From: Vulcanimicrobiales bacterium
GTDB taxonomy: Bacteria; Vulcanimicrobiota; Vulcanimicrobiia; Vulcanimicrobiales; Vulcanimicrobiaceae
Direction of reading: 5' to 3'
DNA length: 64,000 nucleotides
NCBI GenBank assembly: GCA_038231455.1
Contig: JBBRLI010000001.1
Location: 388,988 to 452,987, forward strand
Under the pieces are notes generated by a model. The model was not told the origin of the DNA. It ran no database searches and saw only the letters and a list, made by a program, of their open reading frames with translations. Within the stretch, counting starts at the first letter, position 1; every line of letters begins with the position of its first letter. This document shows, one piece after another, positions 9,748 through 19,375 of the stretch. The position numbers and the translations under genes were made by a program.

Positions 9748-11237
9748 CGCGCGCGTGCAGCCGTCGCGATTTTCTCTTCGCCCGGCGCCTCCCACCGCAA
9801 AAGACGAATGCCCTCGGGTTTCATTCCCTCGCACCACGTCAGGTAATACGCGCGCGGCGGCACGCCCGCATAACTGTACGATAGCGACGGCGCCGGCACG
9901 ACACGTTCGCACGCAAGCGCAAGTCGCGCGGCAAAGTCGGGTCGACTGGCCAGCGTTTCTTTATCGACGAACAGCGCGTGCCGGGGCCGATTGCTTGCCG
10001 GATACCAGCGACGTGATTCGCGCCCTTGCCAGTTGTAACCGATGACGACCGGCGCGACGCCCGCATTGAAATCGAGCAGTGCCGAGAGCCCGTAGCCATC
10101 GGTCATCACGACCGCATCGTTCTTATCCGCGATCTTCCGCACGTCTTGCGCGAGCGGCCAGAACGTGAAGATCTCAAAGGGCCCGGTATTGCGCAGCGAC
10201 GAGCCGGTATTCCGGAACGCCTGATAGATCGGTCCCGGAGCCACCGCCGCAACGAAGATCATCGGGACAAGAATCATCGCCGGAACGACCGACGCACACG
10301 CCCACACCACGCGCAACCGCGAAGAGAGTTTGACGTATGCGAGGCCAAGCGCAACGCACAGGGAGGCATACGGGCCGAACACCCAATGGATTTCGACCGG
10401 CTCGATAAACGCAAGGAGCGTCAAGAGGCCGAGCAGCGGAATTGACGTCCAGGCGAGTAGCGCGCTGCGCGGCCGAATCGCGCAAACGATCGCACCGATC
10501 CAGAGCCCCGGCGAGTACGCGCCCGCATTGATCGCGTAGAGCGTGAAGGCACCTTTCCACGAAAGATGCGGCACGTGCCGGCCCACGAACGTGAAATCGA
10601 ACGTCACCCAGTCGTGCATTGCATTCCACACGATGAACGGCGCATACACGACGCCAGCAATCACAAACGCAATCCAGAGCCCCGCCTGCCAGAGCATTCG
10701 GCGCGCAGGCGCAAACGCGTACATCGCGATGCCGAACACAAGAGCGGCGGCGAAGAAACGCGTGAGCAGCGCGATTCCCATCGCAACACCAAGCAGCGCA
10801 AAATCGATCGGCTGCCGCGATTTGAACGCGCGAACCGCAAGCCACAGCGAGACGGTCCACGCGGCAAGATACGGGCCGTCCGGCGTCGCGCTGCCGAAGG
10901 CAAGCGAAAAGAGCGGGGTGAGCGAGAACGCAACCGCCGTCACGGCGCCTGCACGTCGATCGCCGCCGGCAAGATCGGTCGCCGTCGCCGCGCCCGCGAG
11001 CGTTGCGATCAAGCCGCACGCGACGAAACCGAGTCGAATCGCGCCCGGACTTAACCCGATCGGCGAAAACAGCGCGATCGTCCAGGCGACCATCGGCGGA
11101 TGATCGACATAGCCGAACGCCAGGTGCCGACTCCACTCCCAATAGTACGCCTCATCGCCCGTCAGCGGCACGTGGTACGCGGCGATGATGCGCATCAGCG
11201 TGATCGCTGCAACGATCGCGTAGACGAAGATCATCAT
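9744..11237 (-). CDS. ArnT/GT39-like GT-C membrane glycosyltransferase
   Basis: DEAYYWEWS..LAFGYVDHPP motif, TPD motif and many TM segments. Confidence 0.85.
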   Translation of the reverse strand: MMIFVYAIVAAITLMRIIAAYHVPLTGDEAYYWEWSRHLAFGYVDHPPMVAWTIALFSPIGLSPGAIRLGFVACGLIATLAGAATATDLAGGDRRAGAVTAVAFSLTPLFSLAFGSATPDGPYLAAWTVSLWLAVRAFKSRQPIDFALLGVAMGIALLTRFFAAALVFGIAMYAFAPARRMLWQAGLWIAFVIAGVVYAPFIVWNAMHDWVTFDFTFVGRHVPHLSWKGAFTLYAINAGAYSPGLWIGAIVCAIRPRSALLAWTSIPLLGLLTLLAFIEPVEIHWVFGPYASLCVALGLAYVKLSSRLRVVWACASVVPAMILVPMIFVAAVAPGPIYQAFRNTGSSLRNTGPFEIFTFWPLAQDVRKIADKNDAVVMTDGYGLSALLDFNAGVAPVVIGYNWQGRESRRWYPASNRPRHALFVDKETLASRPDFAARLALACERVVPAPSLSYSYAGVPPRAYYLTWCEGMKPEGIRLLRWEAPGEEKIATAARAR

Positions 11238-11980
11238 TATTCGTGCGATTCCACAAGGCCGCCGTTCACACCGAGCACCATGCCGTTCAGATATCCGGCA
11301 TCATCGGCGACGAGGAACCGCACCGCATCACCGATGTCTTCCCACGACCCCGAGTGTCCGGTCGGATTATTTGCTTCAATCGCGCGCGCGGTCGCACGAT
11401 CGGCGTTTTTATCGCGGATATCGCCCGGCTCGATCACGTTACTCGTAATCCCGTACGCGGCTTCTTCGAGGGCGAGAGCGCGTGCAAACGTGACGACACC
11501 GGCCTTTGCCGCACCGTAGAGCGACATGCCCCGCGCGGGGAGCGTGTCGTGCGAACCATTCATGCCAAAAAAGACGAGCCTCCCGAAGCGCCGCTCGCGC
11601 ATTCCGGGGGCAAGCGCGAATGCCAGCTCCACCGCGGAATCTAAATTTCCGGCGATCATTGCGTGATAATCGGCTAGCGTCGATTTTTCAAAACGCCGAA
11701 CGACGATCGGTCCGACGGCATGGACGAGCACGTCGATGGGTCCGCGCGCGCGTTCGACCGCGTCCACAACCACCGCACCCGTCCCCGGCGCGCTGTGATC
11801 GGCGGCGAGGGCAAGTGCCTGCGGGTCGTGCGCGCGGAGATGCGCGAGCGTCGCCTCGGGTGATGTGCCGCCGGGACGGTAGGTGAACGCGATACGGTAT
11901 CCCGAGCGTGCGAGCGCAAGAGCAACACCGCGCGCAAGACCGGCCGCAGCGCCGGTTACGAGTGCAAGTCGAGAGGACAT
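11237..11980 (-). CDS. SDR family oxidoreductase
   Basis: LVTGAAAGLA, YGAAK, NVIEPG and VNGG motifs. Confidence 0.88.
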   Translation of the reverse strand: MSSRLALVTGAAAGLARGVALALARSGYRIAFTYRPGGTSPEATLAHLRAHDPQALALAADHSAPGTGAVVVDAVERARGPIDVLVHAVGPIVVRRFEKSTLADYHAMIAGNLDSAVELAFALAPGMRERRFGRLVFFGMNGSHDTLPARGMSLYGAAKAGVVTFARALALEEAAYGITSNVIEPGDIRDKNADRATARAIEANNPTGHSGSWEDIGDAVRFLVADDAGYLNGMVLGVNGGLVESHE

Positions 11981-12009
11981 ACCTTCGCTTCATGCGTAGC
12001 TTCGGCAAA

Positions 12010-12711
12010 ATGAGTTTCGTGTCGCAAACGCCTGACGCGCATGCGCGAAGTGTTACGTTCCTTACGGACGATAGCGTGCATTTGCGTGGGACCTATTGGG
12101 ATCCGCGAGAGAACGGCCATACGTCCGTTTTGCTGCTGCATGACTTCCGTTCCGATCGTTCCGTTTGGGACCCGTATGTCGCGGCGTTCCGCTCGCGCGG
12201 GTGGGGGGTTCTTGCCGTCGATCTGCGCGGACACGGCGAATCTGTCCGTCAAGATATGCGAGCCGACCTGCTCCAACCGAATGACTCAGACTTGCGTTCG
12301 CCGCTAAGTTATCCGAACGACGTGCGGGCATCGCTTGCTTTTCTCGCGCGTCAACCAAAGAGCGACGCCGGTCGGCTTGCCATGATCGGCGTGGGTCTCG
12401 GTTCTGACCTTGCCTATGCGGCATCCGGCCGCGGCTGGGGTTCCGCCTCGACCGTCCTGATCAGCCTCGATGAAGGCCGGGCGCGGGAAGTCGCCGGCAG
12501 CGGGCCGTTTGCGCCGCGTTCGATCTATCTTGTGTACGGTGCCGGCGACGCGCTGAGTGCCGGAGCGGTTCCGTCGTTCTTACAATCCGCGTCCTATCCG
12601 GCTGAAGCTCATGCCTACGAAGAAACATCCTCGTCCGGTATGACGCTCTTTAACGAAAAAAATCCGGAAATACTCGCGCGCTCGATCGCCTGGATCGAAC
12701 GCACAATATGA
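12010..12711 (+). CDS. alpha/beta-hydrolase-fold protein (catalytic residues apparently absent)
   Basis: VLLLH and LAVDLRGHGES motifs. Nucleophile elbow reads GVGLG. Confidence 0.75.
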   Translation: MSFVSQTPDAHARSVTFLTDDSVHLRGTYWDPRENGHTSVLLLHDFRSDRSVWDPYVAAFRSRGWGVLAVDLRGHGESVRQDMRADLLQPNDSDLRSPLSYPNDVRASLAFLARQPKSDAGRLAMIGVGLGSDLAYAASGRGWGSASTVLISLDEGRAREVAGSGPFAPRSIYLVYGAGDALSAGAVPSFLQSASYPAEAHAYEETSSSGMTLFNEKNPEILARSIAWIERTI

Positions 12712-12741
12712 GTTTGGACCCGCCTACGCGGGTCCAAACTC
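12710..12741. terminator. Perfect 14-bp hairpin between convergent genes
   Basis: gagtttggacccgc-ctac-gcgggtccaaactc. Confidence 0.6.
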
Positions 12742-12765
12742 TCTGGGTCAAGCTCTGCTTGGCTC

Positions 12766-13845
12766 CTACTTGCTGAGGAGGCGTCGCGTGGCGCGGGCTG
12801 AGGACTTGGTTTGGGGTTCGGTTGAGGTAACGACCAGGTTGATCGATCCGCCGGAGATGGTGTTGATCGTGACGTCCTGGCTGAAGTTGCCGCTCGCATC
12901 CGAGGTCGTGTCGCCGGTGTAGTTGCCGGTGCCGAAGGCGAAGATGCCTCCAACTTGGGCGCTCGCACCAGCCACGATGTGGATGCGCGAATTCGGCAAC
13001 GTGTGACCGCTCACGGTGAACGTTCCGCCGACTTGCGTGTCCTGAGCGGGGGACAGTTTGTCGATCACGTTCATCGCTGCCGCCGTGCCCGAAGTGAAGG
13101 ACCACGACTGGTCGATCGGGGCGCCGTTCGTATCCTTACCGGTCACGCGAACGGTGTGCTTCTGCACGAGCAGATCGGACGGCGGCGAGTAGACGATGCC
13201 GTCGCCGGAACGCGTGCTCGACGACGTTACGTCGAGTCCATCGACGCTGACTTTGAGCGTGTTCGGGTCGGCCGATCCGTTTTTGAATCGCGCTTCGATG
13301 GTCGGGCGTTTCGATTCCACGAAGGCGCCATTCGCCGGCAGCTCTGCGGAGAGTCGTACGGCGCTGCCGGCGGCCGGCGCATTCGGCGTGATTGTCGGCA
13401 GCGGAGCGGTTGAGACTTGACCGTTGGTGGAAATCGCAACGATCCGGTTCGCACCGTCGTAATTGACGTTCGCGCCGAGGGCTTGCGAGACGAAGCGCAG
13501 CGGCACGTAGGTGCTGGCGCCGATGATGAACGGTGCGACATCGAGCGTCTGCGCCACGCCGCCGACGTCTGCTTGATTGGAACCGATCTTCAGCGAGATC
13601 GTCCGATTGTTTCCGGTTGCATTGATGACGCCGTTTGCGTACACGACGCTTGCGCCGAGCTTTTCGAAAATTCCGCGCAGCGGCACGAACACGCGTCCGG
13701 CGCGTGAGATCGGCGGCGGCGAAACGTTGATCGGATTTCCGTTGACGCTTACCGACACATCGGCCGCCGACACAGCGGCACTCACGGCAAGAGATAACGT
13801 ACCGGCAATAGCGGCCGTTCTGGTGATAGTAGAGAGACGCGGCAT
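12766..13845 (-). CDS. Secreted copper amine oxidase N-terminal (stalk) domain protein with Ig-like domains
   Basis: Signal peptide, GRVFVPLRGIFEKLGA and TYVPLRFVSQALGA repeats, GGAGG RBS. Confidence 0.85.
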   Translation of the reverse strand: MPRLSTITRTAAIAGTLSLAVSAAVSAADVSVSVNGNPINVSPPPISRAGRVFVPLRGIFEKLGASVVYANGVINATGNNRTISLKIGSNQADVGGVAQTLDVAPFIIGASTYVPLRFVSQALGANVNYDGANRIVAISTNGQVSTAPLPTITPNAPAAGSAVRLSAELPANGAFVESKRPTIEARFKNGSADPNTLKVSVDGLDVTSSSTRSGDGIVYSPPSDLLVQKHTVRVTGKDTNGAPIDQSWSFTSGTAAAMNVIDKLSPAQDTQVGGTFTVSGHTLPNSRIHIVAGASAQVGGIFAFGTGNYTGDTTSDASGNFSQDVTINTISGGSINLVVTSTEPQTKSSARATRRLLSK

Positions 13846-13966
13846 AACAACCTCCGAGCGATAGTGCACAGTCGCACCGGAAGGGTCATACCCACACTTG
13901 CTTAGCCTTACAGGTAGGGCTCGCTTGCTTGAGACGAATTTCTCGGGGGGGGGGGCGGGGGTTCGG

Positions 13967-16900
13967 TCAGTCGCCCATCGTCCCGGCCGGAATCGCGACT
14001 TCGCGCGGAAGTTCGAGCGCTGGTTCGGTTTTGCGGAAACGGCGACCGATGGCCGAGTGCATGCGCAACATCGTCGTGTACACGACCGGCACGAGAAAGA
14101 GCGTGAGGATCAGCGAACTGATCAGGCCGCCGATGAGCACGGCGCCCATCGAGCGGCGGAACTCCGCACCCTCGGCAAGGCCGAGCGCGAGCGGCAACAT
14201 CCCGAAGACCATCGCCGCCGTCGTCATCACGATCGGACGCAAGCGCGTTCCGGCTGCAGCGAGCATCGCATCGTGCGGATTCATTCCGCGCTTACGCATC
14301 GTGTTCGCGTAGTCGACGAGCAGGATGCCGTTCTTCGCAACGAGTCCCATCAGCATGATCATCCCGATATCGGAGAGCAGGTTGAGCGACTGGTGGCTAA
14401 CCCACAGCGCGAGGACCGCGCCGACGAGCGCAACCGGGACCGAGAACATGATCACAAACGGCGTAAGGAACGAACCGTACAGAATGACGAGCAGCATATA
14501 CACCAGCGCGATCGAGGTGAGAACCGAAATCCCAAACGCGGCGTTCGTCTCGCCTTGAAGTTGCGAGTCGCCTTGCACGAACGTGTGCACACCCGATGCA
14601 AGAAAGCCCGGCTGATCGACTTTCGCATTGATTTGCGCCGTGATCGATCCGAGCGATCCTTGCGCGCGATCGACGTCGGCGCTCACACTGATGATCCGCT
14701 GACGCGACGAGCGCTCGATTTTCGTCGGCGCGAGGCCCTCGGAGAAATCGGCGACGTCTTCCAAATTGACGATCGAGCCATCTTGCGCGCGGATGTGCAC
14801 GCGCTTAACGTTGTCGATCGAGGTCCGGAATGACGCCGGAAGCTCAACGCGAACATCGACTAAACCGCTTGCGGTCCGCACCTTCGTTGCAACCGCGCCG
14901 CCGAGTGCGGTGCGGGCCGCAATCGCTGCCGCGCCGGGCGAAACGCCCAGCGCCATCGCGCGCCGCGGATCGATATGAATGTTTAAGCGCGGCGCAGCGC
15001 TCTCAGCACCGGTCTGCACGTTAATCGTGCCTTTGACGCTGCGGATATAGTCGGCGAGTTTGTTCGCCGATGCGTCGAGTTCGCTATCGGGGCCGGAAAG
15101 ATCGTAGGAAATCGCAACGCCGCTGCCGCCGCCGCCGCGCGCGCCGACAATCACGAGCGCCCCTTTGGCATACGCGGCGATGTTTTGGCGCAACGTCGTA
15201 ATCGTTGCTTTGGTTTCTTTACGGCGGCTCTCGGCCATCTGAATTTGCACGCGTCCAAGATTCCCGCCGATCAAGTTCCCGCGGCCGGACTGCTTCGCGC
15301 CGGTGGTCGAAAACACGCGGTCGACACCGGGGAGGGTGAGCGCGTATGTCTCGATCCGATCGATGCCGGCTTGGGTAACGTGCAGCGGCGTCCCGGTCGG
15401 ATACGTCACGCTCATCGCGATCGATCCCGATTCCATCTCCGGGATGAATTCCGAGGTGACCATGCCCGTTGCGATCATCGCAATCGAGCCGACGAAGAGC
15501 GCGAAGCAGCCAAGACCGATAAACCAGCCGCGGCGCATCGCCCAGCCGAGTGCCTTATCGCGATACCAGCGCGTGAGCGCATCGAAACCGGATTGGAACC
15601 ATTCGAGGAATTTGGGCGGCGCGGACGAGCGTTTGAGCACGGACCACTTCGCCGCGAGCATCGGCGTGAGCGTAAACGAAACGAAGAGCGAGAACAGCGT
15701 CGCGACGACGACGACCACGCCGAACTCTTTCATGTACTTGCCGACGAAGCCCGAGAGAAACGCCATGGGTAAGAAAACGACGACGTCGACGAGCGTGATC
15801 GCAATCGCCGCGCCGCCGATTTCGTTGCGGCCACTGATCGCTGCGTCGACCGGATTCTGACCGAGGTCGCGGTGACGCGTAATGTTCTCGAGCACGACGA
15901 TCGAATCGTCGACGAGGATACCGATCGTAAGCGAGAGGCCCATCAGCGAGATATTATCGAGATTGAAGTTGAGGAGCTTCATCACGATAAACGTCGCGAG
16001 CAGCGAGCTTGGGATCGCGAGCATCACGACGACGGCGTTGCGCCACGCGTGAAGGAAGAACATCAGCACGATGGCGGTGAGGATGATGCCCTCAAAGAGA
16101 CTTTGCAGCACGCCCGTAAGCTGCGACTGCGTGAAATCGGCCGGCGCGTCGATCTCTTTGAAGTTCACCATCGGATAGCGCGCGATGATGTCTTTCATTG
16201 CGGCGCGCGCGACTTTCGTCGTCTTGATTTCATCGGCGGCAACGTTACGCGAGATGTCGATGATGACGCCCGAACGGCCGTTGAAGTGCGTGATCCGACG
16301 CTGTTCTTTATGACCGTCCACGACCGCGGCGACATCGCCAATGCGCACGATTTTCTGACCCGGAACGCTCATCGGGATCATCGTGATATCGATCGGATTG
16401 ACGATATCGGCGTGCACCGAAACGCTGGTCTCTTTATTCGGTGCATCGAGGCGCCCGCCCGGAAGATTCGCGTTGTTCTGCGAGACGGCACTAAAGATAT
16501 CGGGCAGCGTCGCGCCGACCGCCATCAAACGCAGCGGATCGGGATAGACTTGAATCTCGCGCGCAGCATCGCCGCGCGAATCGACGCCGGTAACGCCCGG
16601 AATGGCTTTGATCTCCGGGATCAGCCGGTCGTTGACAAGATCGCCGAGCGCGCCGCCGCTCAGCGATTTCGAACTGAGCGCGTAGGTGAGAATCGGATCG
16701 TCGGAGCCGTTTTTCTCAACCGTCGGCGGATCGAGGTCGCTTGGCATAAAGACGCGGGCCGTATCCACTCGACGTTGCACATCGATGGCCGCGAAATCAA
16801 GGTTCGTGTCGAGTTTGAACTGGACGACGACGGTCGCGACGCCCTCTTGGGCCGTCGCGCGCAACTGATCGAGATTGGCGAGGCCGTCGAGCTGATCTTC

Positions 16901-17101
16901 GATCGGCTTGATGACCAGCTTCTCCATCTCTTGCGGCGAGGCGCCCGGGTAGCCCGCGAAAACGATAACGACCGGGAAAGCGACGTTCGGCTGTGCCGAG
17001 GAGCCGAGGCGGCTATACGAGAGCATCCCGTACACCGCGAGCCCAATGAAGAGCATCGCGGTGATGATGGGGCGCGAAATCGCAAATCGAGTCAGCCACA
17101 C
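13967..17101 (-). CDS. RND efflux transporter, AcrB-like permease
   Basis: About 1044 aa with ILVDDSIVVLEN, KNGILLVD and RLRPIVMT motifs. GTG start with GAGG RBS. Confidence 0.93.
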   Translation of the reverse strand: MWLTRFAISRPIITAMLFIGLAVYGMLSYSRLGSSAQPNVAFPVVIVFAGYPGASPQEMEKLVIKPIEDQLDGLANLDQLRATAQEGVATVVVQFKLDTNLDFAAIDVQRRVDTARVFMPSDLDPPTVEKNGSDDPILTYALSSKSLSGGALGDLVNDRLIPEIKAIPGVTGVDSRGDAAREIQVYPDPLRLMAVGATLPDIFSAVSQNNANLPGGRLDAPNKETSVSVHADIVNPIDITMIPMSVPGQKIVRIGDVAAVVDGHKEQRRITHFNGRSGVIIDISRNVAADEIKTTKVARAAMKDIIARYPMVNFKEIDAPADFTQSQLTGVLQSLFEGIILTAIVLMFFLHAWRNAVVVMLAIPSSLLATFIVMKLLNFNLDNISLMGLSLTIGILVDDSIVVLENITRHRDLGQNPVDAAISGRNEIGGAAIAITLVDVVVFLPMAFLSGFVGKYMKEFGVVVVVATLFSLFVSFTLTPMLAAKWSVLKRSSAPPKFLEWFQSGFDALTRWYRDKALGWAMRRGWFIGLGCFALFVGSIAMIATGMVTSEFIPEMESGSIAMSVTYPTGTPLHVTQAGIDRIETYALTLPGVDRVFSTTGAKQSGRGNLIGGNLGRVQIQMAESRRKETKATITTLRQNIAAYAKGALVIVGARGGGGSGVAISYDLSGPDSELDASANKLADYIRSVKGTINVQTGAESAAPRLNIHIDPRRAMALGVSPGAAAIAARTALGGAVATKVRTASGLVDVRVELPASFRTSIDNVKRVHIRAQDGSIVNLEDVADFSEGLAPTKIERSSRQRIISVSADVDRAQGSLGSITAQINAKVDQPGFLASGVHTFVQGDSQLQGETNAAFGISVLTSIALVYMLLVILYGSFLTPFVIMFSVPVALVGAVLALWVSHQSLNLLSDIGMIMLMGLVAKNGILLVDYANTMRKRGMNPHDAMLAAAGTRLRPIVMTTAAMVFGMLPLALGLAEGAEFRRSMGAVLIGGLISSLILTLFLVPVVYTTMLRMHSAIGRRFRKTEPALELPREVAIPAGTMGD

Positions 17102-17192
17102 AGTCAATTCCTCGGGCGCTAAGCTACCCCTGATACGGATTGCAGTCGACGCTTGTTTCGCCGCTTTTCAGCGCGCGCGGCGATGCGGTCCG

Positions 17193-17230
17193 AAAGAAGA
17201 GCCCGGCGTCGTTTCCGAAGCCAGGCTCTC
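17193..17230 (-). terminator. Rho-independent terminator after tRNA-Leu
   Basis: Minus strand gagagcctggc...gccgggctct followed by tcttt. Confidence 0.55.
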
Positions 17231-17234
17231 AATA

Positions 17235-17321
17235 TGGTGCGGGAGACTGGATTTGAACCAGCACGCCCTTGCGAGCGCTAGCACCTCAAGCTAGTGCGTC
17301 TACCAATTCCGCCACTCTCGC
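17235..17321 (-). tRNA. tRNA-Leu (anticodon GAG)
   Basis: GCGAGAGTGGCGGAATTGGTAGACGCACTAGC-TTGAGGT-GCTAG, long variable arm, GGTTCAAATCC T-loop, encoded CCA. Confidence 0.95.
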
Positions 17322-17420
17322 CCATGAGGTTTTTGCCCGTGGCCGGTGCCGCTGACAACTAAGGGATTGTAGAGCATCCGGGCTCGCTCCGCAAGACACC
17401 CGGCGAAGAGGGGTTCCTGC

Positions 17421-18344
17421 TTATTTCATCTTGGGATCGAGCGCGTCGCGCAGGCCGTCGCCCAGATAATTGATGGAGAGCGTCACGATCACGATGCAGA
17501 GGCCCGGGAAGATCGCGACCCAGGGCGCGATCGACATGTTGGTCTGGGAGTTGGCGAGCATGCTGCCCCAGGACGCCGTCGGCGGCTGGATGCCATAGCC
17601 CAAGAACGAGAGCGTCGACTCGAGGATGATGACGTTGGCGACCTCAAGGGTCGCCTGGACGATGATCGGTGCGATGGCGTTAGGCAAGAGATGCCGGAAG
17701 ATAATCCGCCCGTCGCGGTTTCCAAGCGCCCGCGCGGCTTCGGCGAATTCGCGTTCGCGCAGACTAAGGAACGACGCGCGCACGAGTCGCGCGACGGCGG
17801 GCCACGAGAGTCCACCGATCAACACAACGATGAGCAGAAAACTCAAACTCGCCTTCTGCGAGGTCGCCGAGACGATCGCGGTGAGCACGAGCAAGAGCGG
17901 CAAGAGCGGGATCGAGAGCACGACGTCGGTGACGCGCATGATGACAAAGTCGATCCAGCCACCGTAGTAGCCGGCGATCGCGCCGAGCACGGTACCGATC
18001 GAGATCTCCATGATGACGGCGAACAGCGCGATCGTGAGCGAAATCTGTGCGCCATAGATGAGGCGCGAGAGCAAATCGCGGCCGTTTTCATCGGTGCCGA
18101 GAAGATGTCCGGCGACGCCGGGTGCAAGCGGTGTTCCGCTCCAATTCGTTTGATCGATGAAATTCGGATCGGCCGGTGCGACGAAGTGCGCGAAGATTGC
18201 GGCCAGCGCCATAAGCGTGAGGACCACGGCTCCGATGAGCGCGACGCGGTGACGGCGGAAGCGTTTCCAAACGCCATGGCGTTCTTCTTCGAAGTCGCCA
18301 TCGGCCAACGCAGGCAGATTTGCGTAGTGACTGTCGCGCACCAT
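17421..18344 (-). CDS. dppC: Peptide/nickel ABC transporter permease (DppC/OppC)
   Basis: HLLGTDENGRD, EAARALG and LGDGLRDALDP motifs. Confidence 0.9.
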   Translation of the reverse strand: MVRDSHYANLPALADGDFEEERHGVWKRFRRHRVALIGAVVLTLMALAAIFAHFVAPADPNFIDQTNWSGTPLAPGVAGHLLGTDENGRDLLSRLIYGAQISLTIALFAVIMEISIGTVLGAIAGYYGGWIDFVIMRVTDVVLSIPLLPLLLVLTAIVSATSQKASLSFLLIVVLIGGLSWPAVARLVRASFLSLREREFAEAARALGNRDGRIIFRHLLPNAIAPIIVQATLEVANVIILESTLSFLGYGIQPPTASWGSMLANSQTNMSIAPWVAIFPGLCIVIVTLSINYLGDGLRDALDPKMK

Positions 18345-19318
18345 TAGTTGTACTTCACGCGCGGATCGAGCCAGGCGTACGTGACGTCGGCGATGAGATT
18401 GAAAATCACGACGAGGAACGACACGAGCATCAAATAGCCCATGAGCAAAGCAAAATCAAACTGTTGCAGCCCGTTGTAAAACAGTCGACCCATCCCCGGC
18501 CAGGCGAAGATCGTTTCCGTGATAACGGCACCGGCGACGATGCCGGGCATCGAGAGCGCGATGATCGTCACGAGCGGAATGAGCGCGTTCTTGAGCCCGT
18601 GTTTGAGGATGACGTCGCGTTTCTCTAAGCCTTTTGCCGAGGCCGTGCGCATGTAGTCGGTACGCACGACTTCGAGCATCGAGGAGCGCATGAAGCGGCT
18701 CCACTGCGCGATGTAGAGCAGCGAGAGGACGAGCACCGGCAAGATGAGATGCCGAATGCGATCGCCGAGATTGAAGGCATCGTCGCTCGATATTCCAGCC
18801 GACGGCAACGTGATGTGGTACCCGAATCCCAGCGGAATTCCGATCACCGAAAAGAGCAACTGAAACATCAGCGCAAACCAGAAGACCGGCATCGACTGGC
18901 CGAAAAATGCAAACGTCGTGACACCGTAGTCGAGCCACGAATACGGTTTAAGTGCGGAGAAAATTCCCGCGCTCACGCCGAGGATCAGCGAGAACACAAA
19001 CGAGGTGCCCATCAGCTCGAGTGTGGCGGGCATGCGATCGAGGATCGCATCGATCACGTTCATCGAGTTCGATGTGGAGTAGCCGAAGTCGCCGGTCGCG
19101 ACTTTACCGAGCCACTTGAAATACTGCACGTACGTCGGCTGGTCGAGGCCGAGATTGTGTTTGAGGCGCGCGATATCGGCTTCGGTAATATGGGGATTCT
19201 GCAAATAGGGCGCGAGCGGTCCACCCGGCGCGTTGCTCAGGATCGCAAAGATAATGATCGAGATGAGGAACAGAAGCGGAATGTTTTGCAGACTTCTGCG
19301 GATGACGTACGTGAGCAG
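18344..19318 (-). CDS. dppB: Peptide ABC transporter permease (DppB/OppB), probable CTG start
   Basis: YMRTASAKGL, ETIFAWPGMG and LDPRV motifs. The conserved N-terminus (L)LTYVIRRSLQNIPLL extends to CTG 19318 with GGAGG 7 nt upstream. Confidence 0.88.
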   Translation of the reverse strand: MLTYVIRRSLQNIPLLFLISIIIFAILSNAPGGPLAPYLQNPHITEADIARLKHNLGLDQPTYVQYFKWLGKVATGDFGYSTSNSMNVIDAILDRMPATLELMGTSFVFSLILGVSAGIFSALKPYSWLDYGVTTFAFFGQSMPVFWFALMFQLLFSVIGIPLGFGYHITLPSAGISSDDAFNLGDRIRHLILPVLVLSLLYIAQWSRFMRSSMLEVVRTDYMRTASAKGLEKRDVILKHGLKNALIPLVTIIALSMPGIVAGAVITETIFAWPGMGRLFYNGLQQFDFALLMGYLMLVSFLVVIFNLIADVTYAWLDPRVKYN

Positions 19319-19375
19319 CGGCGGGCCTCCGGGCTGGCAGAACTGGGGAACAATACGGTGCCCCTCATAATGGTC

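Noticed and set aside
7309-9846. 845-aa plus-strand ORF
   Set aside because: Antisense shadow of pepN and the mmcB-like gene. Arg-rich with no motifs, as expected in high-GC DNA.
17235-17321. tRNA as an integration site, or pseudo-tRNA because of the A4-C69 mismatch
   Set aside because: No integrase or duplicated 3' end seen. A single acceptor-stem mismatch is tolerated and other elements are intact.
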